Positions 40,150 through 53,901 of a stretch of 64,000 nucleotides of DNA are shown in pieces. Within the stretch, counting starts at the first letter, position 1; each line of letters starts with the position of its first letter. The DNA is from Nageia nagi (lineage: Eukaryota; Plantae; Pinophyta): assembly GCA_050084985.1 (NCBI GenBank), contig JBITNC010000001.1:45880001-45944000 (forward strand), read 5' to 3'. Under the pieces are notes generated by a model. It worked only from the letters and a program-made list of their open reading frames with translations, made no database searches and was not told the DNA's origin. The translations under genes and the position numbers were made by a program.

Positions 40150-40549
40150 TCAAGTATTTTTGAGAGCCACTTAGGAATATTCTACAATGTTTCTAGTTTC
40201 TCAACAAGCTGAAGAGGTTCTTCATTTTCTTCAAGACTCAACCTATCAATCCCTTTAATTACATCATCGAAAGGAGCTATCAAAACTAACAAAGAGGAAG
40301 GATCTTGTTATGGTGGAGGAGGTGCTTGTACTACTAGAATAGGTGCTACTACTAGATTAGGCATTTCTAAAATAAGCACAAGTGGTGTAGATTCCAAAGA
40401 TTGATCCAATATAGGGATTCCCCCCTCAAGATTTGGAATCTCATAATCATCTTCAAATAAATGATTTCCATGGGCAAACCTATCAAGGTGATCAAGTTTC
40501 CACTCAATAGTCAAGTCACTCTTAGAACATTCTAGAAAAATGATTTCCC

Positions 40550-42660
40550 TTGGAAAGAGGAACTTTTTGTTTACCTCATCATAAGCTTATAGCCTGTGGT
40601 AGTATCTAAGTATCCCCAGAAAATACATTTTTGAATCTTGGCATTAAGTTTGTTTCTTTGTTCCTTAGGGACTAGGGCATAACAGGTGGAACCAAAAACC
40701 CTAATATGTCAAAGTAAAGGAACATGACCAAACCACATTTCATACAAAGTCTTATCATTAAGAGCATGAGATGGAAATCTATTTTTGACATACATAATAC
40801 AAATAGTTGCATCATCCCAAAACATCATTTTTACATTCTTGAAAAATAACATTACCTATTTCATATCCAACAAATTTTTGTTCATCCTTTTAGCTACATC
40901 ATTCTATTGCATATTATAAGGAACAATTGTTTGATGCTTAATTCCATGCCGACTAAGATAGTTTTTGAATTCAACTGAAGTATATTGACCTCGATTATCA
41001 AAATAAAGTGTGCCAATATAAGTGTTGGCTTCTTTATCAATTATCACATGAAATTCCTTAAACTTTTCAAAATATTCATACTTGTTCTTCAACAAATACA
41101 CTCAACATATCCTACTATAATCATATATGAGAGTCATGATATATTTGTTTCTAGCAACAAAAAGGATAAGAAATGGTCCACACAAATCAGAATGTGTGAG
41201 TTCTAATTATCTACATGCTCTAAATTTTGAATCTAGAAAATGTTATTTGCTATGCTTTCCTAGGACACATGCTTCATAAGGATCTATGTTCCTAGGAATA
41301 GTAGGCAATCCCCAAAAGCCTCTCTTTTTCAATAAATAGAGATCATCAAAATTGAGATGGCCAAATCTTGGATGCCAAAAAAGACTAGATGGGAGAGTAC
41401 ATTTTTCTTTATGGGTGAGGTAGTAAAAATTCATTGATTTGGTAGAAATTCCATGCATTTTCAACAACTTCTCATCCTGCCTTCTAGTCATCACCACTTA
41501 TCAGAATACCTCCTTATCTCCACGATGCCATTGAACATATGAATGAAGTGTCCTTATTTTCAAATGAGAATAAGAGATAATAGGTTACTCTATAATTGAG
41601 GAAGGTAGAGAACATTATAAAGAATAATATCTAGAAGGCCTAGAAATTTGAGTCTCATAATACTAATACTTAAAGGTTTGATACAAGATTTATCAGCAAA
41701 GTATACTACACCATCAATGCTAGTATTCATATCTTCAAATAATTCCCTTCAAAATGACATGTGACATGTTGCACCAGTATTAAGAAACTATTCATCCTCC
41801 CAAGATGCAAATTAAGTATTACACAAATTTTTAATTATATTGTTACAATATGCTATAACATAGTAAGCAAAACCAGAATTCTTACTCTCTTCTTGCTCCC
41901 ATTTTTCATTCCATTCTTTGATATTATCTCATGGAGTGTGATAGGTATTAACTTCATGGCCTCATCTATTGTATATTTTATAACGAAGATTTTTCTTCTC
42001 ATCATGATCACCTTGATTAGATCTTCCCTTGCCTCTATGATTCCTCTTACCATGAACATAGTTGCTACTTTCACCTTGAGAAGAATCATGTGCAACATTA
42101 TTTCTCTTTTGAGTAATACATAATGTGTTTGAAGTAGGATCATTGGATTTCTTACCAAATACCTTCTCATGTTTGATAATTTTATCTACAAAGTATCAAA
42201 TGTGAGAGACTTCAATTTACCACTAGCTTGCAAGGATTCAAGATAATTTGAATATTTTGGGTACAATGCTTTAATAAAAGTTATGAGAGCAATATCAATC
42301 TTCACACTAGTAGAGTCAATGTCATGCATTATTGTTTTAATGTTAGAAATAATACTATGGGATCATCATTTTTTAACTCTAGGTTAAAAAGTTTCAAGTG
42401 AATTTGGATTAATTCAAATTTGAAATGGGATTCAAACAAGTATTTGAGTTTATTTAGTGCATTCCAAGCATCATCAATGGAGCTAATGTGGTGGTTAACC
42501 TCTTCACTAATCAAATATGCAATCAAAGCATATGTATTACTATTTTTAATTTTCCAAACTACAAGCTCCTTGGCATTAATTAGTTTGGTAGGTTGGTTAT
42601 CACCATTACAAATGCCAACTCAAAATCATTGAAAATAATATTATGCTTTATTTTCCTAAA
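40550..42660 (-). pseudogene. gag, protease and integrase remnants (old copia)
   Basis: ORF 42329..42526 (gag-like); FLNTGATCHM (~41760-41790, PR); FWHPRFGHLNF..CVLGKH; THSDLCGP; YFDNRGQYTS..HQTIVPY. Confidence 0.88.
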
Positions 42661-44218
42661 CCAATCCTTGTTAAAACAACAACAACAATACTCACAAGGG
42701 AATGCATATTTGAAATAGAAACATCAAACTTTATTTATTTGTATAAAGGAGATATTACAAAGCTTTCACACTTCAAAAAACTATTATTGAAAGAAATTCC
42801 ACTCAACACCAAAGTACTATTTCTCTCAACACACACTGAGTAATAAAAATAACACACCAAAATAAAATGCACACAAAAAGGACTCAAAATGAGAGTCAAT
42901 ACATCACTCATTTCTTCTTACAGAGAGGAGTTTTTTGAGGTGGAGGAGGAGTCTTGAGTGGTGAAAAAGTGGAGGAAGATTCATCATAAATCTCAATGAG
43001 TTCAACCTTATTCTTAAAATTCTTTTATAGGTTTTTTGCCTCAATAGTGACTAGACATACAAAAGTGTGCCAACCACATTCCACACCAAATTCACCAAAT
43101 ATTTCATTAAATTCATCATAAGCATATTCACCAATTACATTTTTTATTACTAGCCAATAACATTTTCTCTAGTTAGTCATCATTGAATTTGTAAACCAAT
43201 ACAAAATATTTGACCAAAAATAGAGCTAATTTGAGTAAAATATGAGAAAAAATATCTCCAAATTTGTAAAAAATATTAAAACACCTTATAACTCCTTTCT
43301 AGACTTTGCATAACTATCAAAAAATAAATGTTTTCACACTTAATAGTGTGGACCTAAATGCTAAGGTGGTGATCAGAGGGCTAAGGTGGCATTTAAACTG
43401 TTGATATGGTGATCAACATGCTATTAGGGTGGGCAAGTTTGTAATGCATGGGTGGTAGTCTTTAGGCAGCTGGTCTATAGGTAATGCATATGAGCTAAGG
43501 TGCGGGTGGTAGTTTGCATACTATAAGGAAGATGCAGGTAAGAGGAGGCACCACAAGGAGTTGATTGTAAGTAAGTAGAGGTATTGCAAGGAGCTGGTAT
43601 GTAGGTAATAGAAGCTTTACATGTTTGAGTAAGAAGGCTCCATGAGGACATGGGAGGCATGCAAGGAGGAGGTGATGGTGTAGTCACTCAAAGGCTAGAT
43701 AAATGTACATAGGGTTGGGCTCACCATGCTTGGTATAATTCAATGAAAAAATAATGGTTGTGCTCAAAGGAGGTGATGCAGATGTGTGAGATGTAGTGCA
43801 TAGGTAGACATGAGGAGGTTGACTAGAGATTGGGTGGTGTAAGATATGGGAGTTAGAGTGGCACATGTGGGATGAGGTGGGGTATGGCAGTTCTAGGAGA
43901 GGAAGCAACAACATGCAAACATTCAAAATGTAGACTATGAGAGTAGAGTTGGCAAGGCCTTGGAATAGTGGTTATGATCTCTCCAAACAAACCAAAACTT
44001 CAAACTTAGTTATCTCAACCATTTATGCTCAAAATATCCTTCTACAAAAGGTAAAATTGATCATATTTGAAAAGGGTATCCAAAATTGATACATGCATTA
44101 TATTATAGAGTACCATTTTAGAGAAACAAGAGTGTAGAGTTATGGGATAGAAAATGAATGAACTTTTGAGTAGTTTCCATGAAGTAGGGTGTGAGAAATA
44201 CGAAAGCTCTGATACCAA

Positions 44219-44469
44219 TATCAGGCAAGAATTTACTCTATTCATCAAAAGCATTGTATTAGATTATGTAACTACCTCAATACATAATAACAATAACTTT
44301 TCACATTCACCTCCTTAGGTGACCTTTGAGATATAAAGAAACTCTTCATAATATCCTAGTAATGACACCTCAAATTCTAGCACACACAAAGCTATGAATT
44401 TACTAAATATAGCAAGTAACTACTACTATAATATCTATACCATAATCCCTAAGCATTAGGAGTATAACA
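44219..44469 (-). repeat. 5' LTR of old copia
   Basis: Follows the PBS; ends AGTATAACA, then TSD AATAG. Confidence 0.92.
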
Positions 44470-44474
44470 AATAG

Positions 44475-45400
44475 CATGCTCACTTAGAACACCTACCATC
44501 TCAAGCACTTCAACTTATTAAAGCTATGTGGCTAGTTGCGTAATGGGGATTTGATCTTGTAGGATAATTTACACCACCCTCTTCAATCAACCAAAATTCA
44601 TTATCACTACTATCGAGTGCTTTACCAAGTGGGTCAAGGATGAGTTATTTATGTCCACCATTGTTCCTAATATTTCCAACTTTATGGAGACACACATTAT
44701 AAGTAGGTTTTTCATTCTACATAAGATCATATCAAATGATGGACTTAGTTTCAAGAATCATAATATGAAGAGATTATGTAATGGATATAATATCAAGCAA
44801 TATTTCTCCACACCATATTACCCCTAAGGTAATGGATAGGCCAATGCTAAAAGGAAAATAATAGTTACTATTCACAAAAATATCGTCAATGATAGTAATA
44901 AAAATTGGTATGAATATATTCCATATGCCTTATGGGCCTATCACACCAATATCATGATACCTATGGGGGCCACCCACTTTCATTAGTCTACGATGCTGAA
45001 GCATTCATGCCTCTTGAGTTAGAAATCCCATATTTATGAGTGCAAATTCAAGGCCCCATTCCATATGAGGAAGTTAAATAGGCCATCTTAGATCAACTTA
45101 TCCTTCTTGATGAGATACGAGTCAATGCTATTGAACATCACAAGGTCTATCAAGAAAGGTTAAAGAAAGTGTACAACAAGAAGGTTAGGGCTAGGAATGA
45201 GGTTGGTGACTTGGTCCTTAAAGAGAATTAACAATAGTCACACCTTGAGTGGTCTCTTTGAGATAAATTTGTACCAAATTGGCTAGATCCTTACATAATC
45301 AAGTGAAAATTTAGCATAGGAACCTACCCCTTATCAAACCTAGAAGGATGGGAAGAGCTTGAGCCTATCAACATCATCCATATTCATCCATTCTACAATT
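44475..45400 (+). pseudogene. pol: Integrase core and C-terminus of the Tat element
   Basis: WGFDLVG, ECFTKWV, FSTPYYP*GNG*A, YALWAYHT, EAFMPLELEIP, KFVPNWLDPY; resumes exactly after the copia TSD. Confidence 0.9.
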
Positions 45401-48400
45401 AGTATTTTTCTTATTCATGTTTATTTTTATTTAATTATTAGTTATAATTTGTCTAATCAAGCATTACATTTTATCATCATTGCTTTGTTTGTCATAACAT
45501 GTCATCTTGAACTTGTCACTCATTCAATCCATGGTAAGTTACAAGGGGTGTCTTATGTGTAGGCATTTATTTTGGTTTATTTGTTGTGCCATTTTCTTTT
45601 TGCACCATTTGGTTTACTTTTAATCATGACATTAAGAGTCAATACTTAGTTGATTCTCCACTTTTAGTATCATCCTACCTTTTTTGGGTGCATGGGGGCC
45701 ACAAGTCACTTATCTCCCTCTTATCATGCATCAATTCTTTAACATTAGCTTCTTCCCATTATTTTTTATCATCTTACATTTATCATTATTTTTTCACCAT
45801 TCTTGGTCCTCATCTAGGTTGAGACGGTTAGATATTATGTTTGTTCTATGATAAAGAAAGGACAATCTTGAACATGAGTTGAATTTAATATGAAAATAAC
45901 CCAAATTGACCAAGTTATTTATTTCCTTGGATGTTTTTCTTGCTTTCATTCACATTCATGTCATTTTATGTTTTTCGTTTGTTGATCCCATTACATCTTA
46001 ATCATGCAAGCCCCTATTAATGATGTCTTAGCATATCCATCTTATCACTATACATTATTTGCAGTTTATCGATGATGATACAACTACTTGGGACTCAGTC
46101 AATATATCAAATTACCTTAAAATCATTCCTTTGGGATTGATCATAAAATAGAAACTAGTATAGTTTCTAAGGGAAAATATATATAAGATTGTCATGAATA
46201 ATGCCATTGATACACATTTGTAGATTTCACATCTTTATACTCATCATTTGTAGACACATTTACTCTTTGAGCTTCTTTGTTTATTGTTTAGTTTGTAGTC
46301 TATCATTTTGAGGTCAATTTTCTTGTTGCTTCATTATCTTTGTCATGCTTGTGTCACTTTTGTCATGTTTGCATTTGAGTCATTTTTATTAAAATTACTT
46401 TTCATTTGGCCTTTTCAAAATTGCATACCCTTATCAATTTTGTGAACGGTTTATTTCCCTAGATTCACATTTATACTAGTATTCCTAAAAAATCAAATTT
46501 TCCCATTTTGTGTTGTATGTCAACCATTTGCTTCATGTTCAAACTAGGTCCCTCATGCATGATAGTCCTTGCAAATTGAATTACATCACATTGTGTTCTC
46601 AACTTGTAAAATATTCATATTTCACCTCATTAGATATTATCATATCATGATAGATCATTTTGAGTTATTTTGTAACCAACTTTAAGTCCATTTTGCTTCA
46701 GGGATAAAGGTTTTGAAATTTGACACCATTAACAATTGGCTTCAATTTTACAATTTTAAACATATTAAATCATTTCCATTTTTAGATATATCTAGTTCTA
46801 ACCTATTACCTATCTAAATTCGATCAAGTTATCAAGTTTCACAACCTAATCAATTCATTTAGTCAATTTTTGTGAGCCAAATGAGAATTAAAGGGTTTTC
46901 ACCCTAGGCCAAGCAGCTTTCTATTTTTTGTGAAAAATAGGACAATTGACCTCCATTTTTTGAACCATTTGATCATGCTTTTAGATAAATTACTATCTAT
47001 TAGGGTATCAAAGTAGTTCACCAAGTCGGCAAGATGGTTGGTTGTTATCATTTACCAAAGTTTTCCATTTTTCACTTTTGTAAAAGTGTCATTTTTTTCA
47101 AAGTCTTATTTTGATTGCATCAAAGCAGCATGTCAGCATAGTTATAGTATGTTTTTACATTCATCAGTACAAATCAAGTAGTAGGGGTTGCTTTTAACAC
47201 ACATGCCCTACCTTGTTTCATGCACATGTTGTGGGTTTTGGGACATGCTAGTTTGTTTTTAAGCACTCATTGTCAATTATCTTTCATTGTTATGTTATTA
47301 TTTTGATCTATGTTTTCAATTGTTGATTTTTTACCATTTTATCCTTATAGGCATTCAATTTGTTCTTTTAATTTATGATTATAATTCATTTTAGTTAAGG
47401 TTCCTTCTTATCATGGTCATTTATATCACTTGTTTAGATGTCCATTATTAACTTTCATGTTATTAAATGATCATTTTCTTTATTTCATTTTATCTTTTAT
47501 CTTTTTTGTTATTATTTATCTTCTTTTAATATATCTTATCATTGTTTCTTTTTATTGAGTGATCATTTTTGTTAGTCTATTTTAATATTTTTCCTTGTTC
47601 TTCTATCTTATTTTAATTTGTCTTATCATTTATACATATTTATTATCTTTTATTTATTGCTTATTCATTATTACTTTAACATTAGTTTAATTATTATCAT
47701 TTTTGTGTGTTTGATTCTATTTTAATTATTCTTGTTATGGATTCATTTCTATATGTGGTTATGCATACAAGTTCATTTTATCCATTCATGAGTATCCATA
47801 AGTTTTGTATCATAGTCTAATTCATGCATTGATTATTAACTATTTGCATGTATAAATGTATTCATACATACATGTGTAAAAGTGCAACATACATGGTGTA
47901 TCATCCATACATAAGCATATACATTCATTATTCACAAATGAATCATACATTGATCATAAACATAAATTACATCCATATAAGTCAAGTATCAAAGTCATAG
48001 TATCATCTCATATAAAAAAATATAAAAGTATACATACATATGTCCATCCATATATCCATCCATAATCATATAAAAAATATATACAAAAAATCCATAGTCC
48101 ATAGGTATATGCATACATAAGTACAAGTTTTCCCAAAATCAATATACATTGAGTGTCCATAAATATACAATAAGATCCTACATATAGAAGGTATCTCATG
48201 GATACACATCCCACATATGTTATTTACAAAAATATATAGCATGCAGTTAGCCTTTGTTTATAGGTATTCAAACCCTCTAAGGAGTAGAGTCATGTTGTGT
48301 CTTCTCTTGCTAAGGGGAGTGCTAGTCTCCTTTTTTCCATCTATCAATGCCCTTTACGGGATGGCTCCTAACACTGCTCCTATCTATCCTATCAATGGTG

Positions 48401-48899
48401 GAACCCAAATAATCTACCCATAATCTATATTCATTTGTGAGATGGTTCTTCTCATAGGCCCACCCTTCTATGTGCTAATTTTTGCAAATGTACTTGTACT
48501 TGCCTAATGAATTTGTTCATTCTTCTGATTGAGTGTCCCTTACTACTTTGGGACATGGCTTTGATCCTTGATATGTTGCATGTTATGGAGTAATCTTGGA
48601 ATCCTTGATATCTACCAAGTCAAGCTTGCATTAACTATTTATGAAATACTTATGCCCTTAATGACTTCCTATCTACTCATCTAGCTCTCACTATAGGTGG
48701 TGCTAGAGATCCTCCTTTGCTAACATGCTTGATGCCCTCAATCCTATGCCTATAGATACTATACATATTATTATTTCCCCTATCCCTATAAACCTCCCTC
48801 TATCTTAGTGGCACTACCTCTACCACTATCATATCCATTATCTTCCCTATGGACTCCATGCTAGGCCCCATGCCACCCTCAACTTGGACTCATAACACA

Positions 48900-50420
48900 T
48901 CTCTCTTCCTTTCCATTATGATGAATGAAAATAATAGGATCCTATTGTATTCCATTCAAGGCTTGGTGTTTCCCATGCTCTCTTGTGTGCTCTACCTTCT
49001 TAGTTGCATGTGTAGCCTTCTTAGCTACCTACTATGCATGTACCACCTCTAGCTACCAAGGCATCCTTCTCACCTTGATAGAGCACCCCCCTTTAAATCT
49101 ATTTGAATCACCAAGCTAGGTACCTCCATCTTTTATGGGTGCCATTGGGGGGTCCTCAAACTCATACTTGTATCCTCCTATTATTATTGCTCTTTTTGGG
49201 CCTCCTTGGGATATCACTTTAGGAATTACTTGGTCATAGATCTAGTCTTACTCATCTCCCTCTCCCTTTCCATATCCACCCTAGTCCTCCTTGGCTCCTC
49301 ATCTTGTTTCCCTTCCTTAACAGCACCCTCCTCTCCCTATTCTTTCCCTCCCTCAAGAACCCATTTGTCTATAGGTGTCATTGGTCCTTGTTATGCTACA
49401 ATAGTCCATGATAGCAAATGATCCTTTTATGGGCCCCACCATGCATCATAACTTAGTATGATCCTTGCATCATCTATAATGGTTGGTGCTATTGGAGCAT
49501 TTAGAGTTGTATTTAGCTCCACATAAGTTATCCTAGGCCTTGTAAAGCCTATTTATCTATTCATTTATATAGAACTAGCTCAAGTGTTACATATTATACT
49601 AGTCTAAACTACATTTGTACCTACTCAAAGTGAAAGATCTCTATATCCCTGACATGACATCTCCACACATATGAGTCCTCCTAGTATATGCCTACCACAT
49701 ATCCTACTTTTTCAATGTGGCATATCCATCCATGGTTACCACATGATATCCTAAGGTTGTAGCCTTGATAGCATATCCCTATACCAATGAGTCTTACCCT
49801 ATAAGGATGCATTTTAGGTCAATCCATATTGTGAGTCCATCTCCTTATGAAGGGTAATTACCATCAAGCTACAAAGGTATATAAGCCATCATATCATTTC
49901 CATGTGCTACTAATATAAGTGAATTTAACCTTTTTGATCAAAAATGCTCCTAGGCCCATACTTGGACCAGTAGAGGCACTCACTCTTAATGTCCTATGGC
50001 TACTAATGCTAACTCTTCATCTATCTATGCTAGCAAGGTTGGCCCCTAGGTGAATAAAATCCTCTCCTAAACCATCCTCATAACAATCTTAAGGAATATG
50101 AAAATACAAATGAGGAAATTAGTAGAATCACTAGTGTCTCTCTCTTCCTAGTTAGCCATCCTAATAGGGGGATCAATCAAGATCCCTCCATTCAAAACTT
50201 CCTAAGTCTTGTATCCATCTCTAATGTATGATCTTAAGATGATGTTATCTATTGCCACTATGATCATAATTCATCTAGTATAATTGTCATCTCCCTCATG
50301 AGAATAAGTAATGTGCATTACTCTAGTTCAAAGTGCTCTCATAGCACCACCATGTATGATGTATCTTTGGTGATGGTGTGAACTCATGATACGCCTATGA
50401 GTTCCTACTACCTTTGGCCA
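48900..50420 (-). pseudogene. Antisense Plant Mobile Domain (PMD, PF10536-like) ORF in the Tat 3' region
   Basis: Minus strand, in canonical order: L*EHFELE*CTLLILMREMTIILDEL (~50350-50270), FT*GPTLLA*IDEEL...PLLVQVWA*EHF (~50055-49945), LSRLQP*DIMW*PW (~49775-49730). Ends approximate. Confidence 0.75.
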
Positions 50421-51687
50421 ATCATATTACTGCTCGATCTAATATACTCATACCTCTAAGAGTAGTGAATGAAATTATGTTAGATTTTCATCTGGTATAA
50501 TTTTTGATACATTGTTAGTCTCATTATGAGTTTGCATTATCTCTATGTCTATGTTAGTCTATCCTAGTCTTGTGTTAGTCATGTATTTATCTCAAAGTCA
50601 AATTATGCATGCTTGTTAAGTCAAGTTGTCTAAAAGTTTAAGTTCTCTAGGTTTTGTCAAATTCATTCAAGCTTGGATGACTAAGTAACCCTAGTCATCT
50701 TACTCTTGGATGCTTGCAAAGTCATGAGTCCTAGATAATCTATCTAGTCATTAAGTCTTGAAAGACCCCTAAATTAGATTATCTAGATGCCAGATGATTT
50801 GGAATTAGTAAATTTGAAAAATAAAAAATACATATGTAAACTTTAATTTTTTTCTAACAACATAAATTAACTAATGAAATCATAAACTAAGTTTATTTTA
50901 ACCCATTATAAATAAAGTAAAATCTGTTATTAAGTTAGCTAGCATGTTTGCATTGTGAGGGTTTTTGGTCTTCCCTACCTATGGTCTATGTTCAAATAAC
51001 ATTTATTCATTATAAGTATTATTATACTACATTATCTCACCATTTTTAAATCACATTTTTCATCATCATTATCACTATTAGTCAACATCCTAATTATGTA
51101 TCCCTAACAAAATGTTTGGTGTTTTAGTTGTTTTTCCTTCCCATTTTTTAATACTATACATAGTGTTCAAACCCTACCTTGCTTTCTTATTAAAAAAATA
51201 TAGTTAATGTTTTATGTTATTTTACATAATATAGTGATTTCTAATTCATCAAATAGCATGGAGATATCAAACCTACCATCTTCATTGAAGACTCTCCTTT
51301 TGGTTGGTTGCCTAACTCTATGTTGCCTCTATTTCTTGATCTGTTTCTACCATACTCAATAGTGTCTTCCACTTAGCTTCTTCCAACAATTTATCCATGG
51401 GCCCACTCTCTTTATAATGCTAAAAATCTCTATCTATTATTTTTACCAATTTTAAAGTTAAAACATCATAGTCTCATAGGCCATCGATAATGTTTAACCA
51501 GCTCAATCAGAGTAGCTATCACTATCTCAAAGCTTTACAACATACACAAGTTAAACATATAAAAAATGATAAAAACCCTACCATTTTCATCATTTAAATT
51601 TCTCTTATTCAAGTTCCATATGCCTACATGCTACAATCCAATACTTGGTAGTTTTGCATGCCTACAGTCATTTACTATTTAGTTGGT

Positions 51688-51985
51688 AGGGAAAAGTAGA
51701 GATCATTTGGTATTTTGTTTAAGCATTGTATGTTTGCATGATATTAACCAATGCTTGATAGGTTTATAAGTCTAAGATAATTTCCCTTAAACTACTATGG
51801 AAAAAATTACATCATGTAGTCACTTACCTTTCAGCTAATTGGGTAAAGAAAAGATCATTTCTTTTTCTTATTTCTCTTTGACTACTAGGGCAAAGTAGAG
51901 TTAGACTCTTTCACTTCTAAGGCAAAGCAAAGATCATTTAATTTCTTATTATCCTTTAGTTTTTGGGGAAAACAAAAATCATTCC
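51688..51985 (+). repeat. Dispersed ~20-bp repeats (GGGCAAAGYARAGATCATTT) in the Tat 3' UTR
   Basis: Five variants near 51688, 51841, 51887, 51921 and 51965. Confidence 0.55.
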
Positions 51986-52361
51986 TTTTCACACTTAGAG
52001 AGTAGTTTGGATTAAAAGTTTTCTTTGTTATTTCAAAGACTACTTGATCCATTTGACAAATTTATCATAGGTCATTGTCATGGTATTCAACTTAGTCCTA
52101 TACAACCTATCTTGCATTGAAACTAGACTTAGTTGGATTATCATGGTGTTTGATTAAGTCTAATATGACCTTCCATGCACCAAATCATAATCAATCAAAT
52201 TTTCAAGGTGTGTTTATATAGTCTTTCATGTACTAAAACTATACTCATCTTGATCATTTTATGATTATATATCATTATCATTATCCACTTTTAGTTTATC
52301 ATATCATTAATTATTATACTAAGATTCTTGCAAGTCTTGAATCTCAACACAAAAGGGAAAC

Positions 52362-53354
52362 TTTAAACATATTAAAATCATATTTTATCTTATTGACACT
52401 ATTTTATAGATATTTATGATATTTAGATTATTACATATTATCATGTCAAACTAACATGTTATGCAACATTTTTTGCAGGGTCAATCAATGACATTTCAAT
52501 ACTTAGATAATTTTTAACACTATTTACCTATCTTTCAAATGATTTGCTAATCATTTGAATGATCTTGTAGGTCATAGTCATCCAAATGATTCTAACTATC
52601 ATGTTTATACATAAGTGATTTGGGCTCTCTTTATAAGGACTAAAATTTTATTTTTTATGAGCACTTTGAGTATTATGAATATTTTCAACATAATTAAAGC
52701 CTTGTGATATCATTTCAAGGGTTAAAACTATCAATAATTGAGCTTACACCTTTTAGCCTTGGCATTCATCATTCTACTTGGTGGATTAAGGTATTCCTCT
52801 GGTTTCTTAATTATTTATTATTGATGATTGTGTTTAATGATTTTTGTAGTTCATAGATCATATCTTTGATCCATTGGAAAAGCTTCTATCCTTTGAACTT
52901 GTTATTATTTAAATTGAATTATCATTTAGGCATACTTAGGCTAAATTACACACTTAGGATTTCATCCTAGGTTTGACCTTTGAGGTCTAATCCTTAGGGT
53001 TTGGTCTTTCTTTATGGATGATTAGTCTTAATTTTCCTATATCTATTATTATTTAGTTTCTTGTTCATTGTCAATTGTATTGTTTATCCATTTTAGTAAA
53101 TGATTGCACATATTTAGATATTTATCACATATTATCATACCTAGCATAAATATTTGTTAATTATCCATTTAGTCTTGTCATTAGTCAATGTTTTATCACA
53201 TCACTTGCATAATAGGCATATCACTATTTTATATCATCTTGTTGATTGAATATTAGAGAGATTATATCTTGTTAAGTTAGGATTTCACCTTACTTGAGTG
53301 GTCACAAGGTCTTAAGGACTTGTGATTTGAAGTCCCCATTAACATGTGTCTACA
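52362..53354 (+). repeat. Putative 3' LTR of the Tat element
   Basis: Preceded by PPT-like AAAAGGGAAAC; ends GTGTCTACA; start TTTAAAC could be decayed TGTAGAC. No partner LTR found. Confidence 0.35.
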
Positions 53355-53901
53355 TTTCAGGGTTTAGATATCATTTGGATATCTTGGAAACAAAGGACAT
53401 TAGCTTATCCCATACCTTATCAATTTGGCTTATCATAACATAAGAAAATTTAGTATGGAAATTTAATATTTATCCTTGAATTACTCACAAGGTGTTTTAA
53501 GTAGTTTAGTTGCATGAATTTAGGTATTTATAGTAGGCTAATCAACCAACCAATATGTTGATCAATGATGGGGCATTTTGGGCATTGGAGTACTATACTA
53601 GAGTTCAATAAATAAGTGGTAATTAGTTTGATGTAGGTTGATGTTAGGAATCCAAAAAATGTATAATAAGATTTAAGCCAAATGCAATAAAATTGAACTA
53701 ATAATATAATAATTATATAACTTCAAATAATAGCAAGAGCATCATAACAAAGTAACTTTATTGAGAAAAACAAATCAAGGTAGATTTGAGGGGAATACCT
53801 CCTTACTACTTATAAGAAAACATATTTTCTAATATAACATTTATCCTTTCCTACCCATATTTATAGTCCTATTAACCCTAATTGATATTTCATTAGAAAA
53901 T

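Larger units (their letters stand above)
29478..44469 (-). mobile_element. Old Ty1/copia LTR retrotransposon with 251-bp LTRs, inserted in the Tat integrase
   Basis: LTRs 29478-29728 and 44219-44469; TSD AATAG (29473-29477 and 44470-44474); tRNA-iMet PBS (GCTCTGATACCA, 44206-44217); PPT next to 29729. Confidence 0.93.
23500..53354 (+). mobile_element. Tat/Ogre-type Ty3/gypsy retrotransposon, decayed; 5' LTR not identified, boundaries approximate
   Basis: Domain order gag-PR-RT-RH-additional RNase H-INT, then a ~7 kb 3' region with an antisense PMD ORF and short repeats. The integrase is split by the copia at 29478-44469. Confidence 0.8.

Noticed and set aside
43360-44200. GC-richer segment with Pro/His-rich ORFs 43475..43926
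   Set aside because: Lies between PBS and gag of the old copia (5' leader); the ORFs have no recognisable domain.
45400-48900. Short hydrophobic ORFs as membrane or env proteins
   Set aside because: Products of T-rich low-complexity Tat 3' non-coding DNA.
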